Below are positions 26,106 through 36,033 of a stretch of 64,000 nucleotides of DNA, piece by piece. How positions within the stretch are numbered: the stretch's first letter is position 1; each line of letters begins with the position of its first letter. The stretch covers positions 1 through 64,000 of IMG/VR virus record IMGVR_UViG_3300024181_000003; one strand, 5' to 3'. Made by a program: the position numbers and the translations under genes. Under the pieces are notes generated by a model. That model was not told the DNA's origin and did no database searches. It worked only from the letters and a program-made list of their open reading frames with translations. The DNA comes from a virus (Duplodnaviria > Caudoviricetes).

Positions 26106-29100
26106 ATGGCATCATTGATAGAACAGAACGGTGGTGGTCCACAGAAGCAGCCGAAGTACACGCCGATCTTCATGGACCGTAGCTTTACGGGAGTCTTCAC
26201 ACAGCGCTCGCCTCTGCACGACCCGTCCGACATCTACACCTCGAAGTACTACGGTGGTCGTCCAGACGCGTTGTGGACAGGTTCGAACGTTGAGTTGACG
26301 AACCGCCTGACTCTGCAGCGTCGTCCCGGCCTCGTTGCGTTCGCGGTCAGCCCGTATCGTTACCCGACCCAGCCGTTGTATTCTTACTCGTTCCAGCTAT
26401 CAAACGGCACGATCAGACTGATCGTTGACACACAGAGCACAGGGCCGTCGGTATCTGAAACCTTGACTTCGGTTACTGCGTCAGTCAACGGCGCGGCAGT
26501 TTACACCGGTACGATCACCGGCGGCGCAAGTAACGGTCTGCGCGGTAGCAGCTTCACGGTATCGGGCTTCGTAAACAGCGCCAACAACGGCGTCTTCGCC
26601 TGCACCGCATCCACAGCCACAACCCTGACCCTCGCCAACACATCTGCGGTATCCGAGACCCACGCAGGCGTGGCCGCAACGATCGTTCTGACATCGGTTG
26701 CAAACGCCAGCGGCGGCACAACAGTTTACACAGGCACGATCACCAACGGCGGCAGCAATGCGTTTGTCGGCATGAAGTTTTTGATTGCCGGTTTCACGAG
26801 CAACGCCAACAACGGTACCTTTGTCGTCACCGCATCGAGCACAACAACGTTGACTTTGGCGAACGCAAACGGCGTATCCGAAACAGCGAACGCCACAGCG
26901 GTGTCTGGTGGCGCGGTCTACTGGGATAAGCAAGACGGTACAGTACAACTTCTATTCGCTAAATCAGCCACCGCAGGCCAAACGCACTTCATCGGGTCTG
27001 GCGGCATTCTATATGCAGGCGACGGTGTTGATACGTTCAAGTACACTCCGCTCAACACCAACGGCACGATCTGGAACTGGGGCATTGTCGCACCAACGAC
27101 TCAGCCGTCAGTCTCGCTGACTCCGTCCGGCTCTGCGGCGACCCGCTGGCAGGCGAACACGAATTTCACGACGATGGGTCTGACAAAGGACACGAACAGC
27201 CCTTCTTTGATCTGGCAGCTTATCAGCGTCAACGCGGACGGCACGAACACCGCCACGTCGCAGTTTGGAACTGCGGGAACCGGTGAGCCGAACTGGGGCG
27301 CTGCTGCGACCGAGGGCACGACACTTGTTGACAGCGGCGTAACGTGGCTCAACATGGGCCCGGTTAGCGCAATCACAACGCTCACGTTTTATACAGACCT
27401 TGGCATCGGCGGCGGATATGCTGCGGAAAACTTCTCTCGACCGGGACAAGGCACAGCAGTCAACGCCGTGTACGGAAACTTCAAGAACTCTGGCGGATTG
27501 GGCGAAACCGCATCGACTCTTCCTGCGTTCAGCGGCGTGTATCCGGGCGGTAGCGGCTACTCTAACGGCAACACCATCTGGCGTGCGATCGGCAGCTACA
27601 ACACACCGACCCAAATGGCCGCGATGCGCTGGAAGCCAACGCATTCGTACTCGACTTGGTCTCCTACGGGCGCTAACGCATCTATCGCGGGAACACCGAA
27701 CTTCGTTCTGACTGGCAACCTGCCTGCGGCATCCGGCACAACTGTTAACCTGTTCATCCCGAAGGTCGGTGGCACATCAGGTTCCGGCTACAACCCATTC
27801 CCATCTACGGGAACGTTCGGCACGACCGTTGATGACGGTCAACTAACGTGGCTCTGCTTGGGCCCTTCTTTGTGGCAGGCAAACTTCGCGTACACACCTT
27901 GGGTTGTACAGGGCACCCCGTTCGGCTGCATCTACGATGGCGCAAACTTCCAAGTCTGCGTAACAGGTAGCGGCGGCGCAACCAGCGGCTCTCACATTCC
28001 GGGCACCGTAATTACGACAGCCACCAGCATCACAGTCACCAACACCAGCACCACCACGACGTTCACGAGAAACTCGGGAAGCTGGTCGTACACCCCGGTT
28101 GCCGGAGAACAGATATTTACTTCTGGTTTTGCGAACGCGGCGAACAACGGCACGTTCAAAGTCGTTTCCGCAACATCCAACACCATCATAGTCAGCACCA
28201 ACACTGGCGCACCGGAAACATCGGCGGTTGGCGTAATTACGTTGAACCCATGGGCAACCACGTACGGCGGCACCACAGTTGATGGCGGTCTTGTGTGGAC
28301 CTGTGTCGGCCAGAACGTACCTTGGGTTGCAGGCTCTGGCACCACAGGCATCTGGCATCTTCCGACGGTCGGCTTCCAGCCACCGGGTCCGAGCGAGCCG
28401 TTCGGCGGCTCCGAGGTCGCAGAAAGCGGATTCGTGCAAGCGGTAACCAACTCCGGCACGTCTGCGGCAAGCGCACCGTCATGGCCGGTTGTAATCGGTG
28501 GCACGGTAACAGAAGCCGGTACGGCTCCGAAGCCAACTTGGCAGACTGCGTCTGCGGTCTCGACTCAGTCTCTTGCGTGGTCGTTCGGTTTGGCATACGC
28601 GTACAGCTTCAAGGCTCGTGCGCTAGACGACTTCTATTCACCGCTTCCGCTTGGCGGCGGCTTCACACCTCCGAACGCGCCGAATCTCGGCATACCGTTC
28701 GGCTCTGAAACGAACGCGATTTCATCTGCGTCCCCGGTCAACCAGATCGTTGGCGCGAACACAGGCTCGGTCAACACGATTCAAGGCGATTATTCGTCAG
28801 ACCCACAGGTTGATACGATCGTAATCTGGCGGTCTGCTGACGCCGCATCCGGCTCAGGCGCTATGTTCGAGTTGACAGAAATCCCGAACGTTCCGGCGCT
28901 GGCAGGCGTGGTCAAGTGGAAGTTTACCGACTTCCTGCCGAGCGTAGCGACCAGCACGTTCCCGGGTTTGAATACTCTTCTACCTGCGCCGATCAACGGC
29001 GTCAACGACCCACCGTTCTCAACCTTCTTGCCGATGGCTTACAACTTCCAGCGCATCTGGGGCGCAGACGGTCAGTTCGTTCCGTTCTCAGCAGGCCCGG

Positions 29101-30101
29101 ACATCGGCGTCGGCAACCCCGACGAAGCGTTCGCGGTTTCTGACTCGCTTCCGTTCCTTGCGCCGGTCACTCGTCTCGTCAAGACTCCACAAGGTCTCGT
29201 AACGTTTCTGACCGACAGCATCGAAGTGATCGCTGGCGGCCCGACAACGTCGTCGTTCTTCTCAGTAACGTGGGCACCGAACATCGGATTGCTGTCGTAT
29301 AACGCACTCGATGTGTTTGCGGGAGAAATTTACTTCTTCTCAAGCGACAACCAGTTCCGCGTCATGACCCCGTCTTTGAACATCCAGAACGCAGGCTTCC
29401 CGTTGGGCGATCAGTTCGCCAACCAGCCGACGTCTGGCGTATCGGACACGACATGGGACCCGGCACAGGTCTACGTGGCATCGCACCAGAACGGCACCGA
29501 CAACTGCATCGTGGTTGCGGACGGCAACACCGGATGGTACCGTCTGAACCCGCGCCAAGCAGGCGCTATGCCGAATCCTGAGCCTGTGTGGTCTCCGTTT
29601 GCATCTATCACGAACGGATGCCAGATGGTTCAGTCGGTCGAAACTGCACCGGGCATCAAGAAGCTTTTGGTCGGTTCACAAATCCAGAACCAGCCGCTGT
29701 TGTACCGCGACCAGACCGTTTACACAGACAACGGTACGCAGTACGGCGCAAGCTTCGAAATGGGCAACATCACGTTGGCTCACCCGGGCCAGTTGGCTCT
29801 ACTCAAGTTTGTCGAGTTCGATTTCTCATCCACGAACTTTAGACCGACGATCAGCTATCTGTTGAACGAAGTAAGCGGAACGTTTACGCCGTTCACCAAG
29901 GCTCCACAGTTTGACCCGCCGTCACTGTACGGAGCAACGATCACACCGACCTCATACAGCCCGAACCGCTATTACTTCTCGGGCAACGCCAGCTTGGCGA
30001 GATGCCGCCACCTTCGTCTCAAGGTGGACTTTGGCACGACTTCAACCGGAGACGAGTTGCTGACAGCGACCATTTTCGGTCGTCTGATGATTGAGACTTA
30101 A
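26106..30101 (+). CDS. tail nozzle/tubular protein (1331 aa) with inserted repeat domains
   Basis: LQRRPG N-terminus, MAYNFQRIW..PDEAF propeller-like core; three GF..ANNG modules and W-x-A...DG..W repeats. Confidence 0.7.
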   Translation: MASLIEQNGGGPQKQPKYTPIFMDRSFTGVFTQRSPLHDPSDIYTSKYYGGRPDALWTGSNVELTNRLTLQRRPGLVAFAVSPYRYPTQPLYSYSFQLSNGTIRLIVDTQSTGPSVSETLTSVTASVNGAAVYTGTITGGASNGLRGSSFTVSGFVNSANNGVFACTASTATTLTLANTSAVSETHAGVAATIVLTSVANASGGTTVYTGTITNGGSNAFVGMKFLIAGFTSNANNGTFVVTASSTTTLTLANANGVSETANATAVSGGAVYWDKQDGTVQLLFAKSATAGQTHFIGSGGILYAGDGVDTFKYTPLNTNGTIWNWGIVAPTTQPSVSLTPSGSAATRWQANTNFTTMGLTKDTNSPSLIWQLISVNADGTNTATSQFGTAGTGEPNWGAAATEGTTLVDSGVTWLNMGPVSAITTLTFYTDLGIGGGYAAENFSRPGQGTAVNAVYGNFKNSGGLGETASTLPAFSGVYPGGSGYSNGNTIWRAIGSYNTPTQMAAMRWKPTHSYSTWSPTGANASIAGTPNFVLTGNLPAASGTTVNLFIPKVGGTSGSGYNPFPSTGTFGTTVDDGQLTWLCLGPSLWQANFAYTPWVVQGTPFGCIYDGANFQVCVTGSGGATSGSHIPGTVITTATSITVTNTSTTTTFTRNSGSWSYTPVAGEQIFTSGFANAANNGTFKVVSATSNTIIVSTNTGAPETSAVGVITLNPWATTYGGTTVDGGLVWTCVGQNVPWVAGSGTTGIWHLPTVGFQPPGPSEPFGGSEVAESGFVQAVTNSGTSAASAPSWPVVIGGTVTEAGTAPKPTWQTASAVSTQSLAWSFGLAYAYSFKARALDDFYSPLPLGGGFTPPNAPNLGIPFGSETNAISSASPVNQIVGANTGSVNTIQGDYSSDPQVDTIVIWRSADAASGSGAMFELTEIPNVPALAGVVKWKFTDFLPSVATSTFPGLNTLLPAPINGVNDPPFSTFLPMAYNFQRIWGADGQFVPFSAGPDIGVGNPDEAFAVSDSLPFLAPVTRLVKTPQGLVTFLTDSIEVIAGGPTTSSFFSVTWAPNIGLLSYNALDVFAGEIYFFSSDNQFRVMTPSLNIQNAGFPLGDQFANQPTSGVSDTTWDPAQVYVASHQNGTDNCIVVADGNTGWYRLNPRQAGAMPNPEPVWSPFASITNGCQMVQSVETAPGIKKLLVGSQIQNQPLLYRDQTVYTDNGTQYGASFEMGNITLAHPGQLALLKFVEFDFSSTNFRPTISYLLNEVSGTFTPFTKAPQFDPPSLYGATITPTSYSPNRYYFSGNASLARCRHLRLKVDFGTTSTGDELLTATIFGRLMIET

Positions 30102-31843
30102 TGGCTACTGACCCGATCAATGCAGAAGCGGGTCTTGGTGAAAACTGGCTGCCGGTAGATCAGAAACCGATCATACCCGGAGCCAGACCCGAGACGCTAG
30201 CAAACCCAGAGAACAGATTCCTGCAGGGAAGCATTCCGCAATCGTTTCAGCTGGGTCCGCACTTCGTTGAAACGGAGGCTATGACTGCGAGCGCACCTCG
30301 GTTCTCTTTGATGCCTCTGGGCGTTCAAGGAAACCCGGTCTCGAACGCAGGCGTAACGAGCACAGCCACAAAGATCGTTCAAAACACCCCGTCAACTCCG
30401 TCAACACCAACCGCGTCTACGATCGAGTTGACGATTCCGGGCATATTCACCCCGACAGATCAGACGGTTACACTGCCGGGACCTTTGGTATTCTCTTTGG
30501 CAACCGAGCCAGCCGGAACGTTCTTTTCTGTTCCTTCCGGCGGATTGGCTGCTGTGGAGAACGTTACCTCTGGTGGCTTGGGCGAAGGCGCAGGCGTCAG
30601 CGGAACGTTGAGTTTGTCGGCTTCTCCAACCACGGCAACGTCTTGGGGAATTTATCTGGCTTCGTACAACGGAACTCTGACGACACCATCAGGTTTTACT
30701 GCGTTTTCCGGTGCGACCTCGCACAACGCAGGATTTTTCAACAGCTTTACAGGGACGTCAGCTGTCGCAATCTCGCAAGCAGTTGCAGCGAACTCAACAG
30801 CTAACGGCATATTTGCGATTTTTAACGGCGCTGCTCCGGGCATCGTTCAACAAGCTTCTGCCGCGTTCGTAGGTGTTACGCCCCTTAACAAGGCTTTCAC
30901 CTCTAACAACACGGCAGGAAACACCATTATCGTGATGGTTTCCGCAATCAACAACACCAACGGCCCGTTCTCTTTGAGCATATCAGACACGGCTGGCAAC
31001 ACATACACCACTATCGGATACGTTCAAACTGGTGGTGTGTGGCAACCGTCCGTGCTACTCGCAATTGCTACAAACATCGCGGCTGGTGCAAACACAGTTC
31101 ATGCGGCTATCACAGGAACAGCGGCTGGTGGAAACTCGGGTGTCTTGACGATCGTTGAATACCCACCTCTGACGGCAGCACCGGCTATTCCGATATTCAA
31201 ACCCATCTTTTCTAGCGACGTGCCACCGGTTAATCTTGGCTCATTCGGTAACGGTGGTGTGTCGGGAATTTTGAAGGTAGGAAACGGCGGCACGGGCTCT
31301 GACTTGGGTGCAACAGGTGGGGCGAGTTTGTTTCTGTCGCAGCTGGGCGCAGGTGCAGCTATTACACCTACTCAGCCGGACTTCTCCGACCTCGCCGGTA
31401 TTCTGAAAGCAACCAAGTATAACAACGTTGCTCTCGTATCGAACGGCATTCCGTCAGAAATAGCAACAGTAGATCGAACAGCACAAACAGCATCGATCGC
31501 AGCAACCAATCTGATTGCCTCGGTTCCGTCAACAGGCCAATACAGACTGTCTTGGAATGCGAAAGTGACCACCGTCGCGGGGACGAGTTCAACTATCGGA
31601 CCTCTGGTGATCACATACACCGATGCAGACAACACTCTTCAAACAATCACGATGGTCGCACAAAACAGCGCCGGGACGATGGAGACCTCAGATTCGGGAA
31701 ACACAACCACTACGGTTATGTTGGGCATGCCGGTGATGTTGAATTGTCGTTCGGCTACAGCTATTCAGTATGCGTTCACCTATGCGTCGAACGCAGCAGC
31801 AACAATGCAGTATAATTTGCACATCAAGCTTGAAGCTTTATAA
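30101..31843 (+). CDS. tail fiber-like protein
   Basis: Gly/Ser/Thr-rich; LKVGNGGTG fiber motif. Confidence 0.6.
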   Translation: MATDPINAEAGLGENWLPVDQKPIIPGARPETLANPENRFLQGSIPQSFQLGPHFVETEAMTASAPRFSLMPLGVQGNPVSNAGVTSTATKIVQNTPSTPSTPTASTIELTIPGIFTPTDQTVTLPGPLVFSLATEPAGTFFSVPSGGLAAVENVTSGGLGEGAGVSGTLSLSASPTTATSWGIYLASYNGTLTTPSGFTAFSGATSHNAGFFNSFTGTSAVAISQAVAANSTANGIFAIFNGAAPGIVQQASAAFVGVTPLNKAFTSNNTAGNTIIVMVSAINNTNGPFSLSISDTAGNTYTTIGYVQTGGVWQPSVLLAIATNIAAGANTVHAAITGTAAGGNSGVLTIVEYPPLTAAPAIPIFKPIFSSDVPPVNLGSFGNGGVSGILKVGNGGTGSDLGATGGASLFLSQLGAGAAITPTQPDFSDLAGILKATKYNNVALVSNGIPSEIATVDRTAQTASIAATNLIASVPSTGQYRLSWNAKVTTVAGTSSTIGPLVITYTDADNTLQTITMVAQNSAGTMETSDSGNTTTTVMLGMPVMLNCRSATAIQYAFTYASNAAATMQYNLHIKLEAL

Positions 31844-31855
31844 GAGGAGAAAACG

Positions 31856-32692
31856 ATGGACATCAAGGTATCTGGAATACAAGGGGTCCCCATCACCGAG
31901 ACCACTCCTACGGATGGTCAGGTTCTTACATATATAGGCGCAAACTCAGACTGGGAACCAAAAACTTCTGTTAATGCGCCGGGTTTTAACGATGTTACCA
32001 AAACTGGATTCAGAGAAGACTTTCTAAACTTCTTAGCTAATACTAATGTTACTTCCGAGATTGCGGTCGGGTGCGACACGGGATGGTTGGCTAATAGAAT
32101 TGTCGGAACTGGCGGCTCAAACTCTTCTGTTAATTTCGGTAGTTCCACTTTTGCAAACCCCGGAACTATTTCTGTAGGATGGGGAAACCCTATTTCTTCT
32201 GGCGACGGCACGGTTTTGTATAAAGCATCGGGCGACGGTACAACTTTTGGTATTTTAGGTGCAAACAGTCCGTGGGAAGCCGATTTTATTTTTGCTGTTA
32301 ATGGGAATACCGATGTTTGTATTCGTGTCGGTTTCTGTGACCAAGGCGATCAAACAGCAGACCCATCAGCCGACGGTTTTTGGGTACGCTATGACACATC
32401 AGCAGGAGATACAAAATTTACTTGGGAGACTAGACACAGCTCAGTAAGTACGGTTAGCGTAACCAATTCTATAAACGTTGACGCTAATTTTCATCATTTC
32501 AAAATTCGTAGCGTTGTGTCTGGAACCGTAGGTTTTAGTGTTGATGGCGGAACCGAATACACAACAACGTCTCACGTTCCACCGAGCCAAGACATGATTA
32601 TGTTCTTACAAGATGTATCCAGAGGTACGCAGGGATTTCAAAGTCTGTTAGTTGATTTTGTTAGTTACTTTGCCACCCCCGGAAGGGCGTAA
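31856..32692 (+). CDS. putative receptor-binding/lectin-like protein, AT-rich
   Basis: PTDGQVLTY...WEP fiber-linker motif; FHHFKI beta-sandwich; T-ending codons unlike neighbours. Confidence 0.5.
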   Translation: MDIKVSGIQGVPITETTPTDGQVLTYIGANSDWEPKTSVNAPGFNDVTKTGFREDFLNFLANTNVTSEIAVGCDTGWLANRIVGTGGSNSSVNFGSSTFANPGTISVGWGNPISSGDGTVLYKASGDGTTFGILGANSPWEADFIFAVNGNTDVCIRVGFCDQGDQTADPSADGFWVRYDTSAGDTKFTWETRHSSVSTVSVTNSINVDANFHHFKIRSVVSGTVGFSVDGGTEYTTTSHVPPSQDMIMFLQDVSRGTQGFQSLLVDFVSYFATPGRA

Positions 32693-32739
32693 CAACACGT
32701 CCTCGTGTACAACCCTCACATCAAATTGGAGTCGATGTA

Positions 32740-33192
32740 ATGATTAGAATAGACGAAGTCAACGACACAGACCGTGATACTCTTGAGTCATGGTCTGTAC
32801 TCGACATTGACCCAGATCATCACGATCTTCGGGCCGACTACTGGTACACCGGGGCGTATGGCACCTATCTATGCTTCAAAATGGCAGACGACAAGGGTCC
32901 GATTGTCTATGTTCGCATGGATAAGGGTGACGCAGACATGTGTCGCTTCCATGCTCAGTTCGCGCCAGCTGGTGTGGTCAGCAAAGAGCGTTTGATTCAG
33001 GCCATGATGTTGGCCTTCGAGATCATGAAGCCACAGCTGAAAGAAGACGGCTTCAACGGCATGATCACAATGACGAAATTCCCACTCCTAGCGGCGTGGC
33101 TGATGAAGTATCAAAAGTTTGTTCGTTTTGAACAGACGGACAACTACAAGTTGGTTTTCGCAACCGAGGTTGCGGGGAGCAAAGGCGCATGA
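32740..33192 (+). CDS. possible GNAT-fold protein preceding the ejection proteins
   Basis: Position equivalent to T7 gp13 / P22 gp14; alternating beta/alpha pattern. Confidence 0.35.
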   Translation: MIRIDEVNDTDRDTLESWSVLDIDPDHHDLRADYWYTGAYGTYLCFKMADDKGPIVYVRMDKGDADMCRFHAQFAPAGVVSKERLIQAMMLAFEIMKPQLKEDGFNGMITMTKFPLLAAWLMKYQKFVRFEQTDNYKLVFATEVAGSKGA

Positions 33193-34001
33193 AGGTAATC
33201 ACCAAGGCAGTTCTCGACATGGAGACAATGGAGTGGATTCACGTCGAGTCCTACGACTACGAGGGGCCGGTTGACCGTTGCTGCGGTTCTTCGGGGGAAG
33301 AGAAGAGTCTTGAGGGCTCATCCTCGGCATTCGCCAAGACTCTGCAGGGAGTTTTTGGTACTGCGCTGGAATCCCAGAAGGGCGTCCTTTCGAAACTCGC
33401 CGGAGTCATCAACAGAATCAGCACAGGCATGACGGGTCCGGGCTACGGGGCTCAAGAACAAGCTGACAGAGTCAACCAGATTAAGACCACGACTGCTGCG
33501 GCAGAAAGAAACACTCAACAGGCTCTCCAAGACCGCTCTGCAGGACAGGTGTTCGGTGGCCAGTCTGATTCGAGTGGCTTGGGACGTACTTCGGCTATCA
33601 ATAAGCAGGTAGCCGGACAGGTCACATCCAACCTTGAGAACAAAGAATCTGATCTTCTCAACCAAGAGATGATTCAGAATTACGAGCAGGGCCGTGCAAA
33701 CGCAGTTACGACAGCCAGCGGCTTGAACACACTGGCAGGTGACTACGGCGCAGAGGCAGGCATGGGCGAGACCGGGGCCATCAACGAAAACCAGATCGCG
33801 TTCCAGCAGGCCAACAAGATCAACCAAGAGAACAACCAGTGGCAGTCGGATTTGGCGGGTCTGGCAACAGGCCTAGTCAAGACGGGCGCATCGGTTGCAA
33901 CAGGCGGTTTGAGTGGCGGCTGGAAGGGCGCACTGACTGCACTTGGCGGTGGAGGCGGCACTCCTAGTTTTAGAGACAGTGGCACAGGACAGCCCGGATA
34001 A
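33189..34001 (+). CDS. DNA ejection (internal virion) protein 1
   Basis: Leader ...YDYEGPVDRCCG; Gln/Asn/Gly-rich; hydrophobic Gly-rich C-terminus. Confidence 0.65.
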   Translation: MKVITKAVLDMETMEWIHVESYDYEGPVDRCCGSSGEEKSLEGSSSAFAKTLQGVFGTALESQKGVLSKLAGVINRISTGMTGPGYGAQEQADRVNQIKTTTAAAERNTQQALQDRSAGQVFGGQSDSSGLGRTSAINKQVAGQVTSNLENKESDLLNQEMIQNYEQGRANAVTTASGLNTLAGDYGAEAGMGETGAINENQIAFQQANKINQENNQWQSDLAGLATGLVKTGASVATGGLSGGWKGALTALGGGGGTPSFRDSGTGQPG

Positions 34002-34058
34002 TCGTAGTTCCCAGATCAACCAATTTCAGTAAGGGCACAGGCCCCATGGAGAAGTTAG

Positions 34059-36032
34059 ATGCCAGTATCAATTCCGGGCAGTATGCAATCGTTCGACACA
34101 CAGTCGAATGGTCAAACGGATGCAGTTGATGCATTGCAGAAGTATATGCAGCCCACCACGCCGGGTCAACCGAGCGGAGATGGTGCTGCGCCTGATCTAA
34201 CAGGCGGCGTCGGAGAGCTACCACCGTCACCGGGCGCGTTCCCGCGTCCCGGGTCGTTCGGTGATAAGCTATCGGACAGCCTACGCTCGGTGATTAAGTC
34301 GCCAGCGGCTCCTGCGGTCATGGCACAGCCTGCTGGATGGGCTAAGATGATGATCGGTGCAACCATGGATGCGCTGTCTGGTAAGGGCGGCGCATTGCTA
34401 GGCAATTTGGGTGACGCGGCAGCAGCCACGGCACCAGTGCCCGAGGGCGGTGGCGCGTTGACCGGCGTGCTGAGAACGCTAGGTGCTGGACAGCAACGTG
34501 CTGCGGCAGAGAAGCAGCAGACCTTTGAGAATAAGTTGAAGACCGACAAGGCTGCGGACGAGCACCTTGAGAACGAAGCTCGCGTTGCTTTACTACAGGG
34601 TCAGACCCGCTTGAACGCAATCAACGTCACCAAGGCTGAGAACGAGGTTCAGGACGGCATCTACAACATGAACAAGACCGTCAGCGATCAACTAGCCAAG
34701 AACCATCACATCGAGAAGGGTGTCAGCCAAGCACAGCTCGACCAGATGTTGAAGGCCAACCCCGACTACTTGAAGACGCATCGTGCGTTGCCGATTGGCC
34801 GTGAAGAGATTCTTGATGGTAGCGGCAAACCGACCGGCAAGTTCGATCAGATGTGGGATGTTATTACTGCAGACCCACTCGATAAGAACCAACATGTTCA
34901 GCCGGATGCTAAGACCGCTTCCGACTGGAAGGCTGCGGGAATCGAAGTTGACCCGAAGCAAAACCTTAGCGCCGACGACATGATCACGTTGAACAATCGT
35001 GCAACCGGAATCTTGCTTGTCAAGAACGCAACCAACAAGGCGAGAGAAGAGGCCTTGACACAGGAACAGTTCGATCAGGTCAAGCAGGACATGGAGTCGC
35101 CTGCCGTCCAGCACGCAATCAGTGCGGACACGGCACGTCCTCTGCAAGGTCTGCAGAATGATTATAACCTGCACGTTCAGACAATTAAGAAGGACCAACA
35201 ACAGATTGCTGCGATCTCCGCTAAGAACCCGAACGACCCACAACTGGCTCAAATACAGTCGGACCTCGCCAACAAGCAGACAGAGCTGGGCGCACTGCAG
35301 CACTTCATGATCTACGGCGTCGATGCCAAGATGCGCGAAGACGAGCAGAAGGCGAGATTCGAAGAAGAGCAGGCAGCGTGGCAGAATCGTCGTGCTGCGG
35401 CCATGGAGAGAAAAGAGTCTGTGGACAAGTCTCTGGCGCAGTCTTACCAGATTCAGAACAAAGAGTTCGACACGATGCGTAAGCCGATCTCCGAGAAGTT
35501 GGGCGAGTACACGAACCTGCAGATGGGCCTTGATATGCGTAACGCAGAAGGCGATGCGATCGTCGCACCTATGTTGCTAAAGGCATTGGTGGCAGGCGGC
35601 GGCGTCCGTATCACTCAGGCCGAAATCAACATGGTGCTCGGAGCACGTTCGTTGCTCGGAACAACCGAAGCGGAAATGAGAAAGATTCTGTCTGGTCAAA
35701 AGTTCTCTGACGAACAGCGTCAGCAGATTCGTACTCTATCCGAGTTTCTGCAGAAGAAGATTCAAGCCAAGAAGCAGATTCTCGAAGCGGGTCAGGCATC
35801 TATCGACGCAGCTGACACCGTTGCTGGACAACGCCAAGCTGTAAGAGATACCCGTCAACAGATCGACGAGTTGGATGCAGGGGTAAATGCAAACAAGCAG
35901 GACCCGGACGTGATCGGGCGCAAGCTTGGTGCCAGCCAGCATGTTTCGACACCAGATGGCAAGACAACGATCTACAACGTCAACAACCAGTGGGTAACCG
36001 CTGACGGCAAGCCATACGTGGCAGGGAAGTAA
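34059..36032 (+). CDS. DNA ejection protein 2
   Basis: 657-aa helical Gln-rich protein in ejection order. Confidence 0.65.
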   Translation: MPVSIPGSMQSFDTQSNGQTDAVDALQKYMQPTTPGQPSGDGAAPDLTGGVGELPPSPGAFPRPGSFGDKLSDSLRSVIKSPAAPAVMAQPAGWAKMMIGATMDALSGKGGALLGNLGDAAAATAPVPEGGGALTGVLRTLGAGQQRAAAEKQQTFENKLKTDKAADEHLENEARVALLQGQTRLNAINVTKAENEVQDGIYNMNKTVSDQLAKNHHIEKGVSQAQLDQMLKANPDYLKTHRALPIGREEILDGSGKPTGKFDQMWDVITADPLDKNQHVQPDAKTASDWKAAGIEVDPKQNLSADDMITLNNRATGILLVKNATNKAREEALTQEQFDQVKQDMESPAVQHAISADTARPLQGLQNDYNLHVQTIKKDQQQIAAISAKNPNDPQLAQIQSDLANKQTELGALQHFMIYGVDAKMREDEQKARFEEEQAAWQNRRAAAMERKESVDKSLAQSYQIQNKEFDTMRKPISEKLGEYTNLQMGLDMRNAEGDAIVAPMLLKALVAGGGVRITQAEINMVLGARSLLGTTEAEMRKILSGQKFSDEQRQQIRTLSEFLQKKIQAKKQILEAGQASIDAADTVAGQRQAVRDTRQQIDELDAGVNANKQDPDVIGRKLGASQHVSTPDGKTTIYNVNNQWVTADGKPYVAGK

Positions 36033-36033
36033 A

